Shown in pieces: positions 18,011 to 28,088 of a stretch of 64,000 nt of DNA (positions within the stretch are counted from its first letter, which is position 1; each line of letters opens with the position of its first letter). The DNA is from a virus (Duplodnaviria > Caudoviricetes). The notes below the pieces were generated by a model that saw only the letters and a list, made by a program, of their open reading frames with translations, did no database searches and had not been told where the DNA came from. Where the stretch lies: the IMG/VR virus record IMGVR_UViG_3300028833_000066; one strand, given 5' to 3'. Made by a program: the position numbers and the translations under genes.

Positions 18011-18256
18011 AAACCCTTCGCCTTTTCTTTTTTTGTAAAAAGTGCTTGACAAGTCTGCCGGTCTGTGCTATACTATCATCAGAGGAAGGGAAAACGCTTC
18101 GGACCAACGGCGGACCTGCCCATTTTTATTTTTGACTATCTTTGATCTTTGTGGACTATGGGCAAAAACTTTTTTCGTAAAAATGCAAAAAAGGGCTTGA
18201 CAAGTTTACCGGCAAGGTGTATAATCAGGGTGAAGATAAGGAAAGGGGACATCACC

Positions 18257-18709
18257 ATGATGAACACTCTGCTGACCGCCTACAACAAGCTGACTGCCGC
18301 CACCATCTACTTTATCGGCTTCGTCCTCTCCGGCACCGTCTACGGTGGCTATTTCACCGAAATTCCCACCGCCGCCCTGAAACTTGACCACGAAAGCACC
18401 GCCCGCGGCGGCGCGGCGAAAATCCGCATTCGCTTTAATAAGGACTTAAAGCTTGCCCTCAAGGCACAAGGCAAAGTCAAAGCCCTTGCCACCATCGAAG
18501 CACTTGCCGCCGACCCCCGTTATAACAAAGGCGACAACTTTGAGAAGCTGATTGCTGAACTGAACGGCATTCAGTGGGCGAAAAACTCTGACCCCTTTTG
18601 GGTCGCTGGAGACCTTGAAATCAACGGCGAACAGGTACAAGTCAAGTTTGACGGTGCGGAACTGGTGAATGAAAAATCCCTCCGCAAAGCCCTGACGGTT
18701 GCCGCCTGA
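18257..18709 (+). CDS. PD-(D/E)xK nuclease-like protein
   Basis: NKGDNFE...PFWVAGD...QVKF; paralogue of 13621. Confidence 0.6.
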   Translation: MMNTLLTAYNKLTAATIYFIGFVLSGTVYGGYFTEIPTAALKLDHESTARGGAAKIRIRFNKDLKLALKAQGKVKALATIEALAADPRYNKGDNFEKLIAELNGIQWAKNSDPFWVAGDLEINGEQVQVKFDGAELVNEKSLRKALTVAA

Positions 18710-18739
18710 GTGGCAACCTTCTTTTTTTATTTTTTCATA

Positions 18740-19385
18740 ATAGTTACTTAGTTATCACTAACTCGCTCGACTTTAATGCTTTAATGCAATGAAGTGGAGG
18801 AAAACTATTCGCGTCAATTTACACGCTTTAATGCGTTAAAGAGTTGTTAAATTTTTAACAATCGCCCCACCCTCATGTTTTCTTCAATACTTTAATGCAT
18901 TAAAGTGGGTCTGCGGCAGAATACTTATTTAGTTATAACTAACTCGCTCGATGCTATATTGTTAAATTTTTAACAAGCGGCCCACCTTTATGGTTTAGCA
19001 CTTTAATGTGTTAAAGTGGAGGCACCTGTAACACTTTTGTAACAAATTAAAATCCTGCTTAGTCGGCCGGTATCGTTATAAATCCATAATATTTGAAAGG
19101 TGGAGGGTGGTTCTTGTTCGCGTTTTATTTTTCAAAATAAGCATACCCCCGCCCGCGGAAAAGGATTTATAATTGTTACACCCCACAGTGAAATTTTGTA
19201 ACATTTTTGTAACAAATTCGGACCTACCCTAGCTTCCAGGTGCTAGCTTCCAGCATTTTCCAGACCCCGGGGGCTAGCTTTCGGGATTTTTTGAAAAGTT
19301 AGTCTAGACTAACTAGGGGCGTGCCCAAATTCCACCAACTTTTTTAAAAAATAACTTAAACCACCAACTTTTAAAAATAACCTTC
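18740..19385. promoter_or_regulatory. Gene-free operator and repeat cluster at the right border of the early block
   Basis: Four CTTTAA-N4-TTAAAG-type sites, two TTGTTAA-N4-TTAACAA, two TGTAAC-N5-TGTAAC, three AGTTAG-N6-CTAACT, TAGCTTCCAG repeats and a CCACCAACTTTT repeat. Confidence 0.85.
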
Positions 19386-19463
19386 AAAACTAATACTCAA
19401 ACACTTGACAATGCCAAGCCCGATATGTTATAATTTAATCAAGGCAAAGAGGTGTTGAAACAA

Positions 19464-20792
19464 ATGAAAAAAGCTTATTCCCTTGATTATTCAATAGAAC
19501 GCGATACAGACCGTACCGCCGCTATCTATGATATACTTGATCGTTTGGACAAAGTGCCAAGTAATACAGAACTTGAACAAATGGCCAACTACATACTTTA
19601 TGGTAAAGATGAAAATGATTAGAATACGGTACAAAGAAAAGAAATAACTGACTCCAACAAGAGATACGGCTCCTTTAAAACTATGGATGACAAACTTCTT
19701 TCATTGGATGAAATATTAGATAATCCAATGGCAGATCATCAAATTTTGGAGCAAAGATATAAACCCTCAGTTTACAAAAAGCCAAAGCCGCATATTGATA
19801 TGCCGAAATATGATAAAAAGACGGGGGCCCTAATAGACCCTGGCGATTCCGACATTCCGTACATGAAAGAACTATGGGACTCTATTAATAGAATGGAACA
19901 TACCGTTGCGGTAAATGAGGGGAAAATTGCGGCCGACGATACTACTCCCATTCTTAAAGATGATTATCGCCTTTATTAGTTAAAGCATTGGCTAATTGAC
20001 TTACGGCGCCACCAATATTATTTGAAGGATGTATATAAACCTGAATTACACTTTTTAGGTATGGATCATCCAAAGCCCCAATTTTACGATTGGACCTCTG
20101 ATGCATTTTACTGGATTTCACGTGACGAGTGGCAAAAAAAGGTTGACAATTCATTAGTACATTATATTTCCAAAAACATTGATGACTATGAGAAACGCAT
20201 TAATCCTTATACTGGAAAAGAAGAAATTAAGTGGGTTGTACGCGAACACCATTTTGATTGGGAAAACCCCGCACATGTAAAGGCTTTAATAAATTGGTAT
20301 GAACCATTGTATGATTAGCTATATGAAAAATTAGATACTTATGGCCGCACCTTAATATGGGACTTTGAACGCTATCGTAAAATGGCCAATTTTTCAGAAG
20401 TAAGAAATTTTATTTTAGAACTAAAAATTCATCGCACTCCTTATAGTGAAATAGTTGAGTTATTACAAAAAACTTATGGACTAAAATATACTGAAAATTA
20501 TTTATGCACAATTTTATCAAAAGAAATACCAGAAAAAATAGCACAAACAGCATAGAAATGGCGCCTTATTGTTGAGACACCCGAAGACGAGTTAAAAGAA
20601 TGTTATACGTGCGGCCGCAAGCTACCACGACACAAACTCTTCTTTGTGTGTAATAAAAACAGAAAGGATGGTTTCTCATCTAATTGTAAAGAATGTGAGA
20701 AATTACATCGTATTGAAAGAGGAGGTCAAAGTGTAGATGACTAGCGAAATAAAGAAACGCAAGTGCTTAAAATGCAAATAGGAAAAACCTGA
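19464..20792 (+). CDS. Hypothetical protein with C-terminal Zn finger, possible regulator (TAG=Gln)
   Basis: Promoter at 19405. Track fragments 19683 and 20022 share the frame. CYTCG...NCKEC; ends at TGA. Confidence 0.75.
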
Positions 20793-21669
20793 ACATGCGT
20801 TTTAGCCTACTAAATCTCCATTCTTTCCGGGCCATCGTTCTCTTATTTGTACAAGCTGTTTGGAAACGTTAATACATTAGGATAATTTAAATGAAGTTGA
20901 TGCGCTTTGCCGCTATTTAGACTTGCCGCTGGATCTTAATAAATGGACTTAGCTGTATGATATACATAAAGATCATACATTATCAGCTTATTTTAATACA
21001 TTGCTTGATGATAGGTATGCGGCCATAAGCTGGGCCGATGAAAATGAGCGCTGGCGGCTAGCCCGTGAAGAAGGCACTATAGATGATGAAATAGATAAAA
21101 TTTCTGAATCTAAGTTGAAGAGACTAAAAAAAGATTGGTCTCCATCATATACTAAAGATGAACTATTATTTTTAGAAGATTATTATAATTAGATTATTGC
21201 CACTTAGAATGTTTCAACTCCAATCTTAAAATCACGTGCCCGTGATCTTTGTGAATTAACATTGCGTGCGAAAAAAGCTATGCGCGAAGGCTTAGATGTA
21301 AAAAAGGATATGGACGCTATCGCGGCTATAATTAAGGATTGTAAGTTTGAGGCTAATAATGCTAAAAATGCGGCCGACTTTGAATCCGTTGGAGAACTTA
21401 TGGTTTATTATGGAAAAAAGGGCTGGCATCCAAAATGGCACACAGAACCGCAAGATTCAATGGATTTTATGATGTAGAATATTTAGAACTACTTAAAGCG
21501 GCTAGTTATAAATGAAGGTAATTTTGCTGAACAAGTAGAAGATAAAAAAGCTCGTTATAATATGACTGAGCGTCTAGAAGAAATTGAAAATGAAGCAGTT
21601 GAATTTGATGATACTGCTGATATAGAATATGAGGGCGAAGATGAACTCGTCGGTGATTTAAATGAATGA
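20737..21669 (+). CDS. Zn-finger protein, possible terminase small subunit (TAG=Gln)
   Basis: CLKC...CTSC N-terminus; directly upstream of and overlapping terL. Confidence 0.6.
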
Positions 21670-23449
21670 GAATACTGATGTTTGTTATAGAGATGGTATT
21701 CCAATTGAGAAAGGCGTAGTTCTTACTCGTGAATTTTTAGACGCTAATTAGGAACTTTTTACTAATTATCTAAATTATTGGTTACTTTATCCAGATTTAT
21801 TTTTAGATGCTATATAGGATTCAGATGATGCTAAACACTTTCATTTACTGCCTTTTTAGCGTATTTCACTTCGTGCTTCAATGCGTTATCGTTATCATTT
21901 CTGGACCGCGACACGTGCTACTTCTAAATCTTTTACAGCATATTTAAGTGCGGTTGTGCGCGCAGTGTTATTACCTAATTCAACTATAATGATTGCTTCT
22001 GATGTAAAAGGAACAGTTATTAAAATTGCTTAGGCTAAGTTTGAAGAAATATTCAAACATTGGCCTTTATTGCGTAAAGAATTAACTGTTAGAGCTGAGG
22101 ATGGTAAAACAGGTCAAAAGGCTAGCGGCAACTACTATGAATTGTGGTTTAAGAATGGTTCAATGATTTCTGTTGTATCCAAAGACACTTCTCGTGGTTT
22201 AAGAGCTACTGCTGCGATTCTTGAAGAAGCCGCTCTTATTGAAGAAGTCCCATATAATGAAGTTCTACTACCGCAAATGAATATTAAAAGAAGAGAAGTT
22301 GATGGCACTTTAAATCCAGAAGAACCATCTGCGGCTCAAATATTTATTACTACTAGTGCCGAACGTACAGTATTTATGTATTAGAAACTTATAGAAATAA
22401 CCATTAATGCTGTCTTGCGGCCAGATGAGTATTTTTCTTGGGGCCTATCATATGAGGTCCCCTTACATTATGGGCTTTTAGATAAAGCAACCTTATTAGA
22501 CCAGCGTTATTCTTCTACGGTGAGTGAAGAATCATTTTCTCGTGAAAATTTATCAATTTGGACTGGTAATAATAAAGATGCGTGGTTGGATTCTCGCAGA
22601 CTTAATAAGCGTCGTACTTTATTAAAATGTGAACGTAAAGCATAGGAGAATCCGCCTAACCCCAATACTTTTTATATAATAGGGGTTGACGTAGCTAGAT
22701 ATTCCGCGAATACGGCTATTATGGTTTTTAAAGTTTTGCCGCAATCTGAAGGCTTTAAGAAAAACTTAATTTATACCGAAGTAATACACGGCGCTAACTA
22801 TATAACTGATTAGGCACCCCGTCTTAAAAAATTAATTTCTCTATTTTAGCCAAGAGAAATTGTTATCGACGGTAATGGCCCTGGTATTGGTTTATTAGAT
22901 GCTATGGTTGTTCCGTCATTTGATGCTAAAACAGGAGAACAATTCCCCGCATATTATGTTTTTAATAACGATCATCATTTGCCACCAGAAATGAAAGTAG
23001 AATCAGAAGAACCCAAACCAGAGTATAGAGCCATTATTTATGACATTAAGGCTGGTTCATCTAATGATGACTTAATTCATTCTAATTTCTTTTCACAAAT
23101 TAATAATGGTACAGTATCATTATTAGCAAATGAACGTATTGTAAAAGATAAATTAGTCTAGACTAAAAAAGGCTAGCGTATGTCATTGTATGATAGACGA
23201 GTTTATTTAATGCCATATGAAATGACTTCGCGGCTAGTAGATGAATGTAATAATTTGCGGTTGAAGCCTACTGGTATTTAGAATCAATTTAAAGTAGAAC
23301 GCATTTCTAAGTCTATTGAAAAGGACCGTTTTTCCGCGATGGAGTATGGACTTTACAGAATAAAGTATTATGAAGATAAAGCGGCAAAGCGAAAAATGCG
23401 GAAACATATATCAGATTTTACTTTCTTTACTTCACATAAGAGGGGGTGA
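21662..23449 (+). CDS. terL: Terminase large subunit (TAG=Gln)
   Basis: LLPF(TAG=Q)R adenine-binding motif, ATRATSKS Walker A, RGLRA..ILEE Walker B, IGVDVA and KDRFSA nuclease motifs. Confidence 0.9.
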
Positions 23450-24996
23450 GTAATTTGGGCGATGAAAAAAGGAACTTTAAGTCCTATAAAAAATTAATAG
23501 CAGAAAGAGCGCCATTAAATGAGCGTTCGTATTCTAGAGGTTGGTATAAAAATGCAGAATCAGTATCAAGAGACTTCAATATTGAAGAAATTGAAGAAAT
23601 TATTTGTTCAGGTGATACGATACATTTGCGTGAGCTCTCTCGTTTTTATTATAGAACTAATAGTAGTTATAGAAATAACATTGATTTCCTAGCTCATTTA
23701 CCATTATATGATACTGCCGTAATTCCAGTATATTAGCCTGGCAAGGGCTCTGAAACATAGATGATGAAGGCATTCTATAATGCTTGCGAATTTGTAGAAA
23801 ATTTAGATTTACCTAATGCTCTTTCTCATATTACTACTGAATGGTTAATTAATGGCGTATATTATGGGATATTAAGAACTTCAAAAGATAAAGTAACAAT
23901 TTAGGATTTACCGCTACAATATTGCCGCACTCGGTTTAAGGATTTCAATAATTTAAATATACTAGAATTTAATTTAAATTATTTTATGAAATTTACCGAT
24001 GAGAAAACCAGAAATGAAGTAGTTTCTACTTTCCCAGAGGTCGTTTAGACAGCTTGGAAACAATGGAATCGCGGAAAGAAACAAACCGATCCTTGGGTAA
24101 TGATAGAAGCTGGCGGCGGAGGGGTATGTTTCAGTTTTACAACAGATGGCGTGCCTCCTTTAATTGGTAGTATTCCAGAACTAAAAAAACTTGCCGATGC
24201 TATTAAACGCGAAGAAAAGCGTGATGAAAATGAATTACATAAATTATTAATTCAAGAAATGCCAATTGATAGTAATGGTCAATTAGTATTTGAATTAGAA
24301 GAAGTAGCAGATATACATTCATCTGTTGCTTCTATGTTAGAGGATTTAGATACTGTTGATGTATTAACTACATTTGGAGAAGCAAAACTTGAAAGTGTCC
24401 AAGACAGTTCGGCTGCTACATAGTCTGCGGATAGAATTGAAAAATATAAAAATAATGCTTGGGATGCTCTTGGTCGTAGTCATATTTTATTTAATCCAGA
24501 TGGCAGTGCTGCATTAGATTATGCTATTAAAAAAGATGAGAGTCTTATGAATGGATATTTAAATTAGTATGAAACTTGGATTAAATTTCATATTAATGAT
24601 AAATTTGCACGTACCAATCTTACGTTTGACTTTGAAATTTTACCAATTACAGTATTTAATCGAGAAGAAATGCAAGGTGTATATTTCCGTGGAGCCCAAT
24701 ATGGCTATTCAAAGATGCTTGCGGGTGTAGCTATGGGTGTAAAGCAGCGTGATCAATTAAGCTTAATGCACTTTGAGAATGATATTCTTGAAATGTCTAT
24801 TAAAATGATTCCTTTACAATCTTCTTACACTACATCTGGTATTCCTGGTCAATAGACAGGAAATTCTTCTTCATCAGCACAAAATACTATAACATAGAAG
24901 TCAAGTGACAACACTAATAATACAGGTGGTCGCCCTGAACTTCCTGACGATAAAAAATCAGAAAAAACTCAGGCAAATATTGCGGCCGCTGGATAA
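23446..24996 (+). CDS. Portal protein (TAG=Gln)
   Basis: Follows terL; about 515 aa; three track fragments in one frame; C-terminal GGRP. Confidence 0.8.
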
Positions 24997-25007
24997 GAGG
25001 GATAATT

Positions 25008-26291
25008 ATGGATAGAAAAATACCAGTTTATTTTGATGTCTAGGTTATGAACTCACCAATAACCGCGATTTCCAGTACTGAACCTAATTTAGGGCGATTG
25101 AAGGTTGCTGTGTTCACTAAATACGCTAACCGCAATGGATCATATATTACTGATGCTGTTGCTGAATAGCTTATTGCGAGTGCCACTCGCGGCAACACTC
25201 CTGTTGTAGGTTTCTTTGATCCAGAAACACAAAGTTGGGCTAGTCATACTGGTCCTACTTTAGCTAATGGATATGGTTATGTTGAAGAGTTTCTTGGGTG
25301 GGAACCTTTAACAGATACCGATGGTGTAACTCGTGATTATGCAATCTTTTCTGTAGTTTTATTTACAGAATATTTTGCAGAGGCACAAAAAATTTTGGGA
25401 CAACATCAATCAATGGAACTTGATCCTAATAGTATTACTGGAGATTGGGGAGAAATATCCGGTGAATATTATTATATATATAAAACCGCCAAGATGTTAG
25501 GTTTTTGTATAATTGGTGAGCACGAACCTTGTTTTTCTGTATCTTCATTCTTTTCTAAAAATGATGAAGCATACGCGAATCAATTTGATAAGTTTTCTTC
25601 ACTTTTGTCATCTTTAAAGGAACGAGTTGAAGAGGCTGATAATAATGCAAAAGGAGGAGAACAAATTATGGATCCAACTTTAGAAAATCAAGAAGTTGAA
25701 GTTGAAGTTGTAGAAGAAAATGTTGAAACTCCTGCGGAAGAACCCGTAGTTGAATTTGAAAACAATGAAGAAGAAGTTGTTGAGCCCGTGGAAGAGCCCG
25801 TTGCAGAGGTTGAGGAAACTCCCGCTGAAGACGAAGAAGAGCCTGCGGCTGAGCCTACTGAATTTGAAGCACTACAATCTCAATTTAATCAGCTTCAAGA
25901 GCAATTTAATGAGTTAAATACCAATTATGAAGCCGCACAAAATCGGGTAACAGAATTAGAAACTGCGCATGCGGCCGAAATTGAAACTTTAAATAACACT
26001 ATCGCGAATTTACAGGCATCTTTATCTAACTATCAAGCACAGGCAATTGCCTCTGAAAATGCTCGTAAAAATGCTTTAGTAGAAAAATATGAAAAAATTA
26101 TCGGAGAGGAAGAAATTAGTGAAATTAAGAACAAGACTAATGACTTCTCCTATGATGAATTGGAAAGTAAGTTGGCAATTACATTTGCTAACAAACAGCT
26201 CAATAGTGTGGAAGAAAGCCCGGTGGTTCCACTCTTAGAGCCAGAAGAATCTCAATTCGCCTTACTTATGAAGAAATATCGTAAAAATTAA
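25008..26291 (+). CDS. Prohead protease/scaffold fusion (TAG=Gln)
   Basis: NRNGSYI...GFCIIG.HEPCF N-domain, then an acidic coiled-coil scaffold; lies between portal and capsid. Confidence 0.75.
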
Positions 26292-26305
26292 GGAGGGAAT
26301 AAGTT

Positions 26306-26887
26306 ATGGCTGATTACAATAGATTTCCTGTTGAACAGTATGCCACTCTTGAGCTAAATCAGGTAGCTTTCCCAAAGACTGGCATGGTAGTTTCTCAGAC
26401 TCCACTTGGCACTGCTTTCACCAAGGATGCTCCTTGCGAGAATGGTATGTGGGTTGTAGCTGACAAGGCTGCTGGTGCTATTAATGCTCCTGCCGCTGCT
26501 ACTGACAAGCCAATTGGTATTGTATATACTGCTGAGAAAGAATATGACATTTTCCATTATGGTCTAAAGACCTTCGGCCGCAAGATTGCTGGCGATTATC
26601 CTCGTGTAGGTATTTTAGGTATTGGTGATACTGTAACTACTAATTGCTTACAATATAGTACTTCTGTATTTGCTGATGATGCTGCTCTAGATACATATCT
26701 AAAGGGCGATTTAACTACTGCTCCTGCTTATGTAATTATTGATGTTACAACTGGTGCAAAAGCTGCTGTTCCTACACTTGTAAAGGCTCTACCACAGAAT
26801 TATGCTGGTGCTTATGGCAGAGTCGTAAAATATTACACTGTACCTAACGGCGAAAAGGGCGTTAAGTATCAGATGGTAAGAGTATAA
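26306..26887 (+). CDS. Head decoration/minor capsid protein
   Basis: Synteny before the MCP; strong RBS; no TAG. Confidence 0.6.
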   Translation: MADYNRFPVEQYATLELNQVAFPKTGMVVSQTPLGTAFTKDAPCENGMWVVADKAAGAINAPAAATDKPIGIVYTAEKEYDIFHYGLKTFGRKIAGDYPRVGILGIGDTVTTNCLQYSTSVFADDAALDTYLKGDLTTAPAYVIIDVTTGAKAAVPTLVKALPQNYAGAYGRVVKYYTVPNGEKGVKYQMVRV

Positions 26888-26893
26888 TGGGAG

Positions 26894-28021
26894 GTGCGAA
26901 CTATGAATAATCTACAAATTTTAATGAATGGTGTATTCGGCCGCAAGGTTCCTGCTGAGTTCGCTGCCGCCGACTATGATTATGAAGCTGCTCTACATGA
27001 TGAGCTAGTAAAGCTTCTTTGTGACGATAAGGGCAAGTTTAGCCGTTCTAAGTATCGTCGTAATAAGGTTGAACTATTTGAACTTCTAGAACAGAATCTA
27101 GAAGAAGTACTCCCACGCAGCGTTGGTTCTGCCCTAGATATGTTCTGCGAGATTATTCACGTAGGACAGGGCGATCGTCTTGAGTTCCGTGTAACCAAGG
27201 GCAAGCAGCGTGGTCGCCAGTTCGTAACTCGTGCTACCGAGTCTGGCAACTATGAGACTTTCCGTCTTGATCGTGATCGTTTCGACATCTGGACCCAGGC
27301 TATTGGTGGTGCCGGATATGTTGATTTCGAGCGTTATCTTGATGGCGTTGAAAATATGTCTGATATTTATGAAGTAATTCAACAGGGTATTGTTGACCGT
27401 ATCTTTGAAATGGTTCAGGAAGCTCTACTACAGACTTGGAATCTAGCTGGCCGTCCTGCCGCTAACAAGGTTGTTGCTACTAACTTTGACCCAGCCGCTA
27501 TGGTAAAGCTTTGCAATACCGTTGCTGCTTATGGTGCTCCAGTTATCTATTGCACTCCTGAGTTCGCTGCTGAAATGACCAATGCTATCGTATATGCTAG
27601 CTCCAATCCTTCTGCTGTTGGCGTAAAGATTTCTGATGTCGATATGCAGGAAGTTCGTGATCGCGGCTACATCGGCAAGTTCCGTGGCGTACCAGTAGTT
27701 GTACTACCACAGTCCTTCACTGATGAATTTAATACCAAGACTGTTATGAATCCTTCTTTCGCTTATGTTATGCCTACTGGCCAAAACAATAAGATAGTAA
27801 AGCTAGGTTTTGAAGGTTCTCCTTACTTCCGTGAATGGGATGACCATGAAGGCGACAATAGCATTGACCTACAGGGTTATGTAAAGTGCGGCGTTGCTGT
27901 AGTTGGTACTCCTAACTATTGGGGAATTTATTACAATGCTGCTATTGATGCTGGTGAGTGGGAAGCTTATAATATGAGCCTACTTTCTGCCGCTGAAAAG
28001 ACTGCTGCTGGTAAGAACTAA
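26894..28021 (+). CDS. Major capsid protein
   Basis: 375 aa, synteny, highly biased codons, no TAG, terminator at about 28036-28060. Confidence 0.85.
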   Translation: MRTMNNLQILMNGVFGRKVPAEFAAADYDYEAALHDELVKLLCDDKGKFSRSKYRRNKVELFELLEQNLEEVLPRSVGSALDMFCEIIHVGQGDRLEFRVTKGKQRGRQFVTRATESGNYETFRLDRDRFDIWTQAIGGAGYVDFERYLDGVENMSDIYEVIQQGIVDRIFEMVQEALLQTWNLAGRPAANKVVATNFDPAAMVKLCNTVAAYGAPVIYCTPEFAAEMTNAIVYASSNPSAVGVKISDVDMQEVRDRGYIGKFRGVPVVVLPQSFTDEFNTKTVMNPSFAYVMPTGQNNKIVKLGFEGSPYFREWDDHEGDNSIDLQGYVKCGVAVVGTPNYWGIYYNAAIDAGEWEAYNMSLLSAAEKTAAGKN

Positions 28022-28088
28022 TAATAATTATATAATCGGGCGGGATTAATTCCCGCCCGAGCTTTGAGTTAAAAGGAGGAATATTATT

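Larger units (their letters stand above)
4197..18976. promoter_or_regulatory. TTGTTAA-N4-TTAACAA boxes (Rex-like or Crp/Fnr-like), 7 copies
   Basis: Near matches at 4197, 6400, 8113, 11170 and 13478; perfect copies at 18844 and 18959. Confidence 0.7.
912..19314. promoter_or_regulatory. Dispersed operator-like palindrome AGTTAG-N6-CTAACT (about 30 copies)
   Basis: Exact or near matches at 912, 2598, 3024, 3858, 4232, 5137, 5500, 6434, 6921, 7367, 7399, 9016, 10533, 12174, 12205, 12830, 13503, 13537, 13577, 14300, 14319, 14349, 14381, 15772, 15803, 16399, 17228, 17635, 18746, 18927 and 19297. None noticed beyond 19.4 kb. Confidence 0.9.

Noticed and set aside
912-19314. Integron attC array
   Set aside because: The arms are in GTTAG...CTAAC order with only 6 bp between them, not RYYYAAC...GTTRRRY long hairpins. 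Cassettes have their own promoters, and no integrase is in the window.
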